A DNA stretch of 64,000 bases, taken from positions 736,001 to 800,000 of the forward strand of contig CAVZJB010000016.1 of assembly GCA_963775425.1 (NCBI GenBank), written 5' to 3'. This DNA is from an uncultured delta proteobacterium (GTDB lineage Bacteria; Myxococcota; UBA727; VGSZ01). Below the pieces are notes generated by a model. It did no database searches and was not told the DNA's origin. It saw only the letters and a program-made list of their open reading frames with translations. The translations under genes and the position numbers were made by a program. This document shows positions 32,909 through 46,400 of the stretch, piece by piece. The first letter of the stretch is position 1. Each line of letters starts with the position of its first letter.

Positions 32909-34455
32909 GCGCCGTCGACGTCGCCCAGACCCTCGCGCCCGAAAGCATCATCATCGGCACGGCGCTCGTGTTCCTCATCGTCGACGTGGCGCTGCTGCGC
33001 GGCCGCGAGGTCCGCACCCGCGCGCTCGTGTGCGGCTTCGGCGCCGTCGCCGGCCTCATCGCCGCCGGCGCCGTGCTGTTGCAGCAGCTCTCGGTGACGT
33101 TCGACATCTATTACCGGGACGCCGACCGCATCCTCGTCGTCGATCGCTTGAGCCTCACGCTGCGGCTGGTGCTCGTCGGCCTCGCCGCCGGCGTGTGCCT
33201 GCTGTCCATCCGCTACGAGTTCACCAAACACGTCGGCGAGTACTTCGCCGTCACCCTGTTCGGCCTCGTCGGCATGGACCTCCTCGTGTCCACCGAGAAC
33301 CTCCTGATGTTCGTGGTGGCGCTCGAGCTCCTCAGCGTGTGCCTGTTCATCCTCACGGCCTTCCACAAAGGCGTCCCGCGCTCGGCGGAGGGTGCCGCCA
33401 AGTACTTCCTCATCGGCGCGCTGAGCTCCGCGTTCCTCTTGTTCGGCATGAGCTACGTCGTGGGCACCACCGGCGCCATGGACATCCCGCACCTCGCGGG
33501 CGCCGTCGCGCGCGCCGCCGGCGGCGGCGGCCACCCCGCGCTGTTGATCCTCGGCCTGGTGTTCGTGGTGGTCGGCCTCGGCTTCAAGCTCGCCGCCGTG
33601 CCCTTCCACGCGTGGGCCCCCGACGCGTACCAGGGCGCGCCCACGCCCGTGACCGCGTTCATCGCCACCGGCTCCAAGGTCGCGAGCTTCGCCATCGCCG
33701 CCAAGCTGCTCGTCGTCGGCTTCGGCGGGCTCAAGGGCAGCGTGTCCTGGGACTGGCACGACTTGATGTACGGCTGGCTGGGCGCTCTGCACGTCGAGCC
33801 CGGCTGGATACTCGTCCTCGCGCCCATGGCGGCCGCGAGCATGATCTGGGGCAACGTCGCCGCCATCGGCCAGAAGAACATCAAGCGCATGCTCGCGTAC
33901 TCGAGCATCGCGCACGGCGGCTACACCCTCATCGGCCTCCTCGCCGCCGACGAGGCCGGCCTCACCGCGATGTTCACGTACCTCGTGCTCTACTCGCTCA
34001 CCAACCTGGGCGCCTTCGGCGTTGTCGCGGCGCTCACGCGCAAGGCGGGCGGCGACAATCTCGAGGACTTCGACGGCATGGTGCAGCGGGCGCCGCTGCT
34101 GTCGGTGCTGTTGATGCTGTTCGTGCTCTCCCTCGCGGGGGTCCCGCCGCTCGCCGGTTTCTTCGGCAAGTTCTACCTGTTTTCGACCGCCGTCTCCGCG
34201 GACAGCGGCATGGGCCTGCTGTGGCTCGTCATCGTCGCCCTCGTGACGAGCGTGGTGTCCCTCTATTACTACCTGGTGCTCTTGAAGCACGTGCTCGTTG
34301 ACCCGCCGCGCCACACGGAGCGGATCCGCGCAGGCGCGCTGTGGACGCTGCCGCTCGTCGTCATCGCCCTGCTGGTGGTGGGCCTCGGGGTCTATCCGCA
34401 GCCGCTCGTGCACATGTTCGCGGGGCTCGTTCACATCGGCGGGTTCGTGCGCTGA
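32905..34455 (+). CDS. nuoN: NADH-quinone oxidoreductase subunit N
   Basis: ALELLS, EGAAKYF, FKLAAVPFHAWAPDAYQGAPTP, KRMLAYSSIAH, GFFGKF. Confidence 0.96.
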   Translation: MSAVDVAQTLAPESIIIGTALVFLIVDVALLRGREVRTRALVCGFGAVAGLIAAGAVLLQQLSVTFDIYYRDADRILVVDRLSLTLRLVLVGLAAGVCLLSIRYEFTKHVGEYFAVTLFGLVGMDLLVSTENLLMFVVALELLSVCLFILTAFHKGVPRSAEGAAKYFLIGALSSAFLLFGMSYVVGTTGAMDIPHLAGAVARAAGGGGHPALLILGLVFVVVGLGFKLAAVPFHAWAPDAYQGAPTPVTAFIATGSKVASFAIAAKLLVVGFGGLKGSVSWDWHDLMYGWLGALHVEPGWILVLAPMAAASMIWGNVAAIGQKNIKRMLAYSSIAHGGYTLIGLLAADEAGLTAMFTYLVLYSLTNLGAFGVVAALTRKAGGDNLEDFDGMVQRAPLLSVLLMLFVLSLAGVPPLAGFFGKFYLFSTAVSADSGMGLLWLVIVALVTSVVSLYYYLVLLKHVLVDPPRHTERIRAGALWTLPLVVIALLVVGLGVYPQPLVHMFAGLVHIGGFVR

Positions 34456-34499
34456 GGGCGTTGCCGGCCGCGCGCTGGCAGCTCGCACAGGGGGGGCTC

Positions 34500-35444
34500 A
34501 TGGACTATCGACGGCTCGGTGCCTCCGGCTTGCACGTGAGCGCGATCGGCCTCGGCGGCTGGACCACGTTCGGCTCGGGTGCGCTGGCTCCCGAGGACGG
34601 CGAGCACATCGTGCGCGCGGCCTTCGACGCCGGCATCAACTTCTTCGACATCGCCGACGTCTACGCGCAGGGGGAGTGCGAGCGGAGCATGGGGCGCGTG
34701 CTGAAGACGCTGCCGCGCCACCGGCTGGTCATCGCGTCCAAGGTGTACTGGCCCATGTCCGACGACGTGAACGACCGCGGGCTGAGCCGGAAGCACATCG
34801 TGGAGAGCGTGGACAAGAGCCTCGCACGCATCGGCGTCGACTACCTCGACCTCTACTTCTGCCACCGCTACGACGACGACGTCCGCCTCGACGAGACATT
34901 GCGCGCCATGGACGACCTCGTCCGCGCCGGCAAGATCCTCTACTGGGGAACGAGCTGCTGGACGGGGGCGCACCTCAAGGAGGCGCACGCCCTCGCCGAC
35001 GCCCGCTCGCAGGCGGCGCCGGTGGCCGAGCAGCCGGAGTACGGCCTGATGTGTCGCGACATCGAGCGCGCGCTGATGCGGGCGGCGCAGGAGGCGGGCA
35101 TGGGGCTGCTCGTCTGGGGCGCGCTCGCGTCGGGCGTGCTCACCGGCAAGTACAAGGACGGCATCCCCAAGGGCTCGCGCCTCGATCGCATCGAGTGGCT
35201 CCGGGACACGGTGCTCACCGACGAGCACCGCGCCCAGGTCGACGCGTTCGTCGCGCTCGCCGCCGAGCTCGGCGCGCCGCCGGCGCGGGTGGCCCTCGCG
35301 TGGGCGCTGTCGCGCCCGGGCGTCTCGAGCGTGATCACCGGGGCGTCGAGCGTGGCGCAGCTCGAGGAGAACCTGACGGCGCTGTCGCTGCCCATCGACG
35401 ACGCCCTCGGCGCGAAGCTCGACGCCATCTTCCCAGCCGCGTAA
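34500..35444 (+). CDS. Aldo/keto reductase (Kv-beta/YajO-like)
   Basis: YRRLGASGLHVSAIGLG, FFDIADVY, GLSRKHI, DLYFCHR, GKILYWGTS. Confidence 0.93.
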   Translation: MDYRRLGASGLHVSAIGLGGWTTFGSGALAPEDGEHIVRAAFDAGINFFDIADVYAQGECERSMGRVLKTLPRHRLVIASKVYWPMSDDVNDRGLSRKHIVESVDKSLARIGVDYLDLYFCHRYDDDVRLDETLRAMDDLVRAGKILYWGTSCWTGAHLKEAHALADARSQAAPVAEQPEYGLMCRDIERALMRAAQEAGMGLLVWGALASGVLTGKYKDGIPKGSRLDRIEWLRDTVLTDEHRAQVDAFVALAAELGAPPARVALAWALSRPGVSSVITGASSVAQLEENLTALSLPIDDALGAKLDAIFPAA

Positions 35445-35448
35445 CCGG

Positions 35449-35917
35449 CCGCCTCACGCGCCGTACAGCAGCCATCCCTGAGCGCCGATCGAAGCGACGC
35501 TGCGTGGCAAGCGGCGTGAGGTGGCGACGACATCAAGCCCCGATTCGAGCGCGGCGGAGGCCGCCGGAGTCGCGCGCTGTACGCCGTATCGACCCGCGAA
35601 CGCCGCCTCACGGGCCCACCGTACAGCAGCCATCCCTGAGCGCCGATCGAAGCGACGCTGCGTGGCAAGCGGCGTGAGGTGGCGACGACATCAAGCCCCG
35701 ATTCGAGCGCGGCGGAGGCCGCCGGAGTCGCGCGCCGTACGCCGTATCGACCCGCGAACGCCGCCTCACGGGCCCACCGTACAGCAGCCATCCCTGAGCG
35801 CCGATCGAAGCGACGCTGCGTGGCAAGCGGCGCGAGGTGGCGACGACATCAAGCCCCGATTCGAGCGCGGCGGAGGCCGCCGGAGTCGCGCGCTGTACGC
35901 CGTATCGACCCGCGAAC
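35449..35917. repeat. Three tandem near-identical 158-bp structured intergenic repeats (REP/BIME-like)
   Basis: ccgtacagcagccatccctgagc begins at 35461, 35619 and 35777; only a few substitutions between copies; internal inverted repeats. Confidence 0.95.
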
Positions 35918-35985
35918 AACGCCGCCGCGCGACGCACGGCGGGCTCCGCCGCCCGCGCGCGGAGCGCGCCGCGCCGAGAGGCGCC

Positions 35986-36011
35986 GTGAGGTCGCCGACA
36001 GGCGACCTCAC
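35986..36011. terminator. Perfect 11-bp hairpin immediately after the lon stop codon
   Basis: GTGAGGTCGCC-gaca-GGCGACCTCAC between convergent genes; no clear U-tract. Confidence 0.55.
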
Positions 36012-36013
36012 AA

Positions 36014-38434
<2,421 letters not shown>

Positions 38435-38571
38435 GTCACTCCTTGGCCCGTGGGCCTCGCATCAATATATGCGGAGACGACCTGGCGACAAGCCGAGCAC
38501 GCCAAAGGCGCGCGCCGGCTTGCTCGGCGGTCGGCCGGAGCCACAGGCGGAGGGCGGCCCAGGGGCCCTCA

Positions 38572-40203
38572 TCACGGGGGCGTCGGGTTCTGCACGCCGC
38601 TGCCGACGAAGTCCGGGACCACCATCTCGAACGCGCCGTCCGACCCGGAGACGGCCTCGCCCACGAGGATGGCGGAGCCCTGCTCGTCGAGGAGGAAGTC
38701 CGAGAACACCCGCACATACGCGTTGTCCACGGGAGCCCCCGACGACAGGACGGTGCCGGCGACGACGGCGCGGGCGGGCAGCCGGACGTCGGCCTGGAGC
38801 CCGCCGTCCGGCACGGTGACCAGCTCCGACGAGGCCGGCGCGTTCTTGCCGCGCGGCGGCCGCGTCGACACCCGGTAGCGGCCGGGGTCCACGGAGACCT
38901 CGAAGGTGCCGTCGTCGCCGCTCTGCGTCGTAAAGGACACGAAGGTGTGGGCCAGGGGGGCGTCGGGGCCGGCCGGATCGACGACCCGCGTGATGGTGAG
39001 CTGGGCGCCCGGCAGCGTGGCGCCGTCGGGGTCGAGGACGGCGCCCGCGAAGCGCACCCGGGCGGGGAGCGTGAGCTCGAGGTCGGCGTTGGTGGAAGGG
39101 ACGTCCACGTCGCCCTGCACGAGCAAGCCCGCCGCCGAGGTCTCGGGAGCCACGACCACGACCGTGTAGGTGCCCGGGGGGAGCTGCGCGTCGAGGACAC
39201 CGGCGCCATCCGCCTGCACCAGCGTCTGAAAGGCGCCGTTGCCGACCTCCGCCTGCAGGGTCGCCGTGGCCCCCGGGACGCCGTGCCCGGCCTCGTCGAC
39301 GACGCGGGCGACGAAGTGGGCGGGCGTGAGGACGACGCCGAGGCTGACGACGCCGGCGTCGAGGACGCCCTCGTGCGCCTTGTCGGGGTCCACGGGGACG
39401 CCGAGGCTCGGGAAGGACGGGTTGTCGCTCGTGGGGCTCACGGTGAGCGTGAGGGGGTCGCCGGCGGTGCCGGCGACGCCTGAGAGGACCACGGTGAACG
39501 AGCCGTCCGCCGCGGTCCGCGCCGTCGACGAGACGCGCCGGCCGGCCTGGTTTTCGACGTGGAGCGCGAGCTGGGGGATCCCCTGCTCCGCCGCGCCCTC
39601 GCCGGCCTTGACGAAGCCCCGCACGCGGATGCCCGCGGCGTCGTCGACGAAGGGGGGATCGAGCGTGACGCGCCCCGACGAGTCGCCGTTGGCGACGAAG
39701 CCGGCGTCGTCGTACGCGGGGGGCAGCGCGGCGTCCCCGGGGACCACGGTGACGCCGTAGCGCTCGCCGTCGACGAGGAGCACCGAGAAGTTGCCGGCGT
39801 CGTCGGTCTGCGCGTTGGGGGCGAGCGCGCGCCCCGCGATGAACTCCTCGGGGCGCGCCAGGACCTGGGCGGCGACCCCGGGCCCGCCGTCGCCGTGGCG
39901 GACCCGGCCGCTCCAGGTGACACCGGAGGCCAGGGAGACGTCGACGCGCGGGTTGTCGCGCAGGTTGAGCGCCAGCCGGCTCTGCACGGGGAGGCCGGCG
40001 GCGCTCGGATCGATCTCGACGTCGACGGCGCCGAGCCTCTGGTCGGCGGGGTTCACGCACGAGCCGAGCGCGCAGACGTCGGCCCGCGGGCAGTCCGCGT
40101 CCCCGCTGCAGGAGGTCGCCTGCGGCAGCGGGAGCGAGCACGCCACGCACAGCGCCAAAGCGGCGCCGATCGCGAGCAAGCCGGGGGCAAAGCGGCGGAT
40201 CAT
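38572..40203 (-). CDS. Lipoprotein with a Cys-rich N-terminus and tandem carboxypeptidase-regulatory-like beta-sandwich domains
   Basis: Lipobox LCVAC; CSGDADCPRADVCALGSC; repeated TDDAGNF/TAADGSF/GDDGTF/GSDGAF motifs. Confidence 0.75.
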   Translation of the reverse strand: MIRRFAPGLLAIGAALALCVACSLPLPQATSCSGDADCPRADVCALGSCVNPADQRLGAVDVEIDPSAAGLPVQSRLALNLRDNPRVDVSLASGVTWSGRVRHGDGGPGVAAQVLARPEEFIAGRALAPNAQTDDAGNFSVLLVDGERYGVTVVPGDAALPPAYDDAGFVANGDSSGRVTLDPPFVDDAAGIRVRGFVKAGEGAAEQGIPQLALHVENQAGRRVSSTARTAADGSFTVVLSGVAGTAGDPLTLTVSPTSDNPSFPSLGVPVDPDKAHEGVLDAGVVSLGVVLTPAHFVARVVDEAGHGVPGATATLQAEVGNGAFQTLVQADGAGVLDAQLPPGTYTVVVVAPETSAAGLLVQGDVDVPSTNADLELTLPARVRFAGAVLDPDGATLPGAQLTITRVVDPAGPDAPLAHTFVSFTTQSGDDGTFEVSVDPGRYRVSTRPPRGKNAPASSELVTVPDGGLQADVRLPARAVVAGTVLSSGAPVDNAYVRVFSDFLLDEQGSAILVGEAVSGSDGAFEMVVPDFVGSGVQNPTPP

Positions 40204-40820
40204 GGGTTGATGCAGCTCTCTGACTTGAGCCGGATAGGCCAGGCCACGGTGGTGACGGCGAAACCCTCGGGGGCCGCCGTGTCGTCGCCCTTGAAGCCGC
40301 CGTCGCTGATGCTCAGCTCGAAGATTTGCCCGAGCTTCGAGTGGTCCGCGTCGACCTGCTCGTCGAGGACGGCGGCCGGCAGGATGTCGGTCACGGTCGC
40401 CTGGTCGAGCTGAAAGGGCGGGAAGTCGTAAAACGAGCCGTCGACGGGCTCCGCGCTCGGATCGATCTCCGTGTCGGACAGGCGCAGCCTCTTGGGAGCG
40501 TCCTCGACGCCGTTGGCGAAGATGATGGACTTGCGCACCGTGAGCGGATCGAGGTCCGCGTCCTCGAGGCGATCGGCGGCGAAGGTGGTCAACGGCGCGC
40601 ACCCGTCACCGACGTTGACGTCGAGCCGACCGAAGGGCGCCGTACACGCCGTGGACCCCAGCGGGCACTGGGCGACGTTCACGTTGGGCGGCGGCTGCAT
40701 GTTCACCAGCACGGGCGCGTGATCGGCGTCGGGCACCGCGCGGTCGAGGAACAAGGGGTTCAAACAGCCCGCCATCACGACGGGGGAGAGCAACCCGAGT
40801 GCCACTCGGCAAGCCCGCAT
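40200..40820 (-). CDS. Hypothetical lipoprotein
   Basis: AGGGG before ATG; lipobox VMAGC; overlaps the next gene by 4 bp. Confidence 0.65.
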   Translation of the reverse strand: MRACRVALGLLSPVVMAGCLNPLFLDRAVPDADHAPVLVNMQPPPNVNVAQCPLGSTACTAPFGRLDVNVGDGCAPLTTFAADRLEDADLDPLTVRKSIIFANGVEDAPKRLRLSDTEIDPSAEPVDGSFYDFPPFQLDQATVTDILPAAVLDEQVDADHSKLGQIFELSISDGGFKGDDTAAPEGFAVTTVAWPIRLKSESCINP

Positions 40821-40980
40821 CCCCTGTGGCTCTCCCACGCTCGTCACGCCCCCGAGCCTCCCACACCGCGACACCGGCGTCGTGGGGTCCTGTCTCCGCC
40901 AATCCGGGGCGCGGGACAAGCCCCCGCCCTCCGGCGCGTCGTGGGGAGCCCCCGCGCCACCGGGGTCGGCGGCGGGCCCC

Positions 40981-42798
<1,818 letters not shown>

Positions 42799-42897
42799 GG
42801 GCTGGTGTGTACACCACCGACACGCGATCGCCAGCGGGGGCCGGCCACGGCAGGCCGATCCGGAGGCGCCGTCAAGGGACGCCGTGCGCGCACACGG

Positions 42898-43881
42898 CTA
42901 CCGGCTCGCGTCGTCAGGGGTGGCCTTCGGCGTGGGCGCGATCTTGTCCGCGTGGCGCAGCTCTTCGGGTGTGAGCCGGCGGCGGGTCTGCTTGGTGTCC
43001 ACGACGCCGCCGTCGTCACGGTCGTAGAGCGCGTCGCCGACGCCGTAGACGTACAGGCCCGCGAAGGCGAGCGCGCTGATGAACTGGGCGTCGAGGACGG
43101 CGTGGTACACGTCCTGCTCCGGCTGGTCCGTGCGCACCTTGTCGTCGAGCAGGAGCATGAGGATGCTCGTCCAGAACAGCGCCACCGTCGACGCCGCCGT
43201 CACCCCCTCCGCGGCCCCGACGATGACGGCCTTCGTCGTGGAGCCGTTGGCTGCCTGGGCGAGGCCGAAGGGCATGAACGCCACCGCGAGCGGCACCTCT
43301 TTGACGACGGTGGTGCGCTCGATGAGCACGCCGCCGTGCTCGTCGACGGCGTCGGCCTTGGCGCGCTCGCGGGCGCGGCGGAGCTCCTCGAGCTGCACCT
43401 TCATCGCGGCCTTCTGCCGATCGAAGATCTCGATGGCCGCCGGCGGCGTCAGGAACGGATCGAGCGCGAAGTCCGGGTTGATGCTCAGAAGCGACGAGAA
43501 CTCGCGCGCGGCCTCGAGCGGCTTGGGCTTGTCGGCGAGCGCGTAGCAGATGCCGAGCATGCGGTGGACGTCGAGCTGCTCGTCCTCGTCCTGGAGCTGA
43601 CCGGGCACCGCGAGCGGCGCGAGCGTCTCGATTGTCCCCGGGCAGTCCTGGTACTCGAACAGGTTCTTGCCGTGCTTGTAGATCTGCTCCGGCGTCATCG
43701 GCTTCGACGCCGGCTCCGCCCTGGGGGCAGCCGGCGTCGTCGCGGGCGTCGCGGCAGGGGGCGGCGCGGCAGGGGGCGTCGCCGCCGGGGGTGTCGCCGC
43801 AGGTGTCGTCGAGGGCGCGGGCGCATCGACCGCGGGCGCCAGGAGCGCGAGCGCGGTGAGGACGGCGGCGACGGCGGGCAT
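42898..43881 (-). CDS. Secreted TPR-like protein with C-terminal hydrophobic segments
   Basis: Signal peptide, Pro/Ala linker, helical repeat ending LDPFLTPP. Confidence 0.7.
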   Translation of the reverse strand: MPAVAAVLTALALLAPAVDAPAPSTTPAATPPAATPPAAPPPAATPATTPAAPRAEPASKPMTPEQIYKHGKNLFEYQDCPGTIETLAPLAVPGQLQDEDEQLDVHRMLGICYALADKPKPLEAAREFSSLLSINPDFALDPFLTPPAAIEIFDRQKAAMKVQLEELRRARERAKADAVDEHGGVLIERTTVVKEVPLAVAFMPFGLAQAANGSTTKAVIVGAAEGVTAASTVALFWTSILMLLLDDKVRTDQPEQDVYHAVLDAQFISALAFAGLYVYGVGDALYDRDDGGVVDTKQTRRRLTPEELRHADKIAPTPKATPDDASR

Positions 43882-43986
43882 GCGCCTTCGCTTCTACCAC
43901 GAGCGCTCGCACGCCCAACCGAGACCGGCCCGGCGCGCCGACGGTGGCGCCGTCCGCCACGCGCCGGGCCCGACCGACGACGAGGG

Positions 43987-46230
43987 TCACGGCACGGGGG
44001 CGGGCGCGGGGCGGGCCACTTCGGGCTCGAGCTTGACGGTGAGCGGCAGGGTCTGGCCCGCCTGGAAGTTCACCTTGCGGTACAGCGGCCGGAAGCCCTT
44101 CTTGTACACGGTGACGTCGAGCCGCTCCTGGAAGTGCTTGCCGAGCGGGACGACCAGCGCGCCGGAGTGGACCGTCTCCCCCGCCGTCTTTCCGCCCTTG
44201 CCGCCCACCGAGACGAACGCGTCGGGCTCGCTGCAGGTGACGATGAGCAGCGCGGGGCGCGGCTCGATCTCCACCGCGACGTCGGGGACGCCTCCCTCCG
44301 CGGGCACGTCGACGGGGACGTCGACGTCCTTCCCGAAGGGGTTGCGGAAGCCGACGGTGTGCTTGCCGACGGCGAGATCGCCGTCCCACAGGGGCTTGCC
44401 GGCGGCCACGCGCTTTCCGTCGACGTAGATGTCCGCGTACGGCTTGGCGCGCAGCGTCACCTTGCGGGTGGCGACCACGGCGGGCGTCGCGCCCGCGTCG
44501 GCCGGCGGCGTCACCCGCGGCGGCGCCACGGCGACGATGCGGGTGGTCCCCTTGCCGTCGTGCTTGTCCTCGTGCGCCTTGTGGGAGCGCGCGTCGCCGG
44601 CGACGTCCGCCGCCGGGAGCGCGGGCTTGCCAAGCTCGATGTCGTCGGGGCCGATGGCGGGGCGCTCCTCCCCGGGGGCCCCTGCGCCGCTCCGGGCGTC
44701 ACGGGCGTCACGGGCGTCACGGGCGTCACGGGCGTCACGGGCGTCACGGGCGTCACGGGCGTCACGGGCGTCACGGGCGTCGCGGTCCGCGACGACGTCG
44801 TCGCGCGCGCCGTGCGCGCCGTTTTCGGCGACCACGGCCCGGTCGTCGTCGAACCGGCGCGCGACCAGGAACGCGCCGGCGATGAGGACGACGGCGACGA
44901 CGACGAGCGCGGCCTGCTGAAGGACGCGCCCGACCGCCGGCCGCTCCACCCCCGTCGTCGTCGGCGGCACCAGCCCCGCCACCGTGGGCGCCGTCTGCGG
45001 CTCGGCGAGGGGCTCCGCCGGCGCCTCCCCCGCGGGCAACGGCGCGTCGTCGCCGGTGATGTCGTCGCAGGCGTTGGCCCTCTCGATGAGGGCCTGCGCG
45101 GCGCCGTCGGACTTGTCCTCGGCGAGCACGCGGTTCAGGCACGCGAGCGCCCGCGCCGGCGCACCCTCGGCGATGTGCTGCTCGGCGCGCGCGAGGAACG
45201 CGGCGCGCACCTCGGCGGTGGCGCGCGGCAGCTCGGCGTCCGGATCGGCCAGGAGCTCGCGCAGCCGCACGGGGTCCGCGGGCAGCCCGGAGCGCTCGAG
45301 GACGTCCTCGAGGGCGGCGGCGAGGGCGCCGGCGTCTTCGAAGCGATCCTTGGGCTTGGTGGCCATCGCCTTCTGGATGACGCGGGCGAGATCGTCCGAG
45401 ACCTTGGGCGAGCGCTGCTGCGCCGGCAGCGCCTTCCCCTCGACGATCTGCTTCAGGAGCGCGTGCGGCGTGAGCGCCTCGAAGGGCAAGGCGCCGGTGA
45501 CGATCCAGTACAAGACCGTCCCCAGCGAGAACAGGTCGGAGCGCTCGTCGGCGGCGTGGCCGTCGATGCACTCGGGCGCCATGTGCGCCGGCGAGCCCAG
45601 CAGCGTGCCCGTGATGGTCAGCCCCTTCTGGTCGGCGACGTGCGCGATGCCGAAGTCCATCAGCTTCAGCCAGCCGTCCTCGCGGACCATCACGTTTTCG
45701 GGCTTGATGTCTCGGTGCACGACCCCGTGCTCGTGGGCGTGCTCGAGGGCCCGCGCCACCTGCCAGACCACCATGGCGCCGGCCTCGGGGCAGCGCCACA
45801 GCTCGTGCTCCTCGACGAACCGCTTGAGCGTCGGCCCCTTGACGAGCTCGGCGATGATGAAGCCCTCGGCGAAGCCCCGCACCCGCCCGTGCTTGCCCAC
45901 GGGGCCGGGGCGCTCGTCGATGGTGTCGGGGTCGCCCGAGAAGTCGAAGACCTTGAGGACGTGCGGGTGCTCGAGGCGCGCCACCGCCCGCGCCTCCCGC
46001 GCCAGCCGCTGGCGGCACTCGGACTTCTCCGCCAGGAACGGGTGCAGGACCTTGATGGCGACGTCGCGGTGCAGGTGCTCGTCGTGGCCACGGTACACGA
46101 CGCTCATGCCGCCCTGCCCGATGACCTCGACGACCCTGTAGTGCAGCAGCGACTGGCCGATCAGCGGGTCGGGCCCGGGCCCGGGCCCCCGCGCGTCATC
46201 GGTTTTGCCCAGCTCGACGGTCTGCGCCAC
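43987..46230 (-). CDS. Transmembrane Ser/Thr kinase with TPR and extracytoplasmic PEGA-like domains
   Basis: GQGGMS, VAIK, HRDIKPEN, DFG, GSPAHMAPE; TM ALVVVAVVLIAGAFLV; PYADIYVDG. Confidence 0.92.
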   Translation of the reverse strand: MAQTVELGKTDDARGPGPGPDPLIGQSLLHYRVVEVIGQGGMSVVYRGHDEHLHRDVAIKVLHPFLAEKSECRQRLAREARAVARLEHPHVLKVFDFSGDPDTIDERPGPVGKHGRVRGFAEGFIIAELVKGPTLKRFVEEHELWRCPEAGAMVVWQVARALEHAHEHGVVHRDIKPENVMVREDGWLKLMDFGIAHVADQKGLTITGTLLGSPAHMAPECIDGHAADERSDLFSLGTVLYWIVTGALPFEALTPHALLKQIVEGKALPAQQRSPKVSDDLARVIQKAMATKPKDRFEDAGALAAALEDVLERSGLPADPVRLRELLADPDAELPRATAEVRAAFLARAEQHIAEGAPARALACLNRVLAEDKSDGAAQALIERANACDDITGDDAPLPAGEAPAEPLAEPQTAPTVAGLVPPTTTGVERPAVGRVLQQAALVVVAVVLIAGAFLVARRFDDDRAVVAENGAHGARDDVVADRDARDARDARDARDARDARDARDARDARDARSGAGAPGEERPAIGPDDIELGKPALPAADVAGDARSHKAHEDKHDGKGTTRIVAVAPPRVTPPADAGATPAVVATRKVTLRAKPYADIYVDGKRVAAGKPLWDGDLAVGKHTVGFRNPFGKDVDVPVDVPAEGGVPDVAVEIEPRPALLIVTCSEPDAFVSVGGKGGKTAGETVHSGALVVPLGKHFQERLDVTVYKKGFRPLYRKVNFQAGQTLPLTVKLEPEVARPAPAPVP
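44693..44782. repeat. 9-bp VNTR (cgggcgtca)x10 encoding (DAR)10 in the kinase
   Basis: Nine perfect units plus one with a single mismatch. Confidence 0.95.
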
Positions 46231-46236
46231 GGGCCC

Positions 46237-46245
46237 AGGCTAGCA
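46237..46245 (-). promoter_or_regulatory. Extended -10 (TGcTAGCCT), putative leaderless promoter of the kinase operon
   Basis: Hexamer 6 nt before GTG 46230. Confidence 0.5.
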
Positions 46246-46345
46246 GAACGCGCCGGAGCCAGGCCTCGGCAAACGGAACGATCCCGGCTCGACGACGAGC
46301 CCCCTTGACGAGCCGCGCAGAGGGTCCCCGAAGTCGCTCCGCACG

Positions 46346-46375
46346 TTGACAGACGTCGTCGAGGCCCCGTAAACC
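46346..46375 (+). promoter_or_regulatory. Putative sigma-70 promoter of the acyl-CoA ligase gene
   Basis: TTGACA-18 nt-TAAACC, then AAGGGG SD before ATG 46401. Confidence 0.45.
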
Positions 46376-46400
46376 CGCGACGTCTCACAAGGGGAACGGC

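Noticed and set aside
34500-35444. Aldo/keto reductase as the electron-input module of the headless complex I
   Set aside because: Only adjacency supports it, and AKRs have no flavin or FeS centre to pass single electrons.
35449-35917. CRISPR array
   Set aside because: The units are 158 bp and nearly identical throughout, there are no unique spacers, and no cas genes are present.
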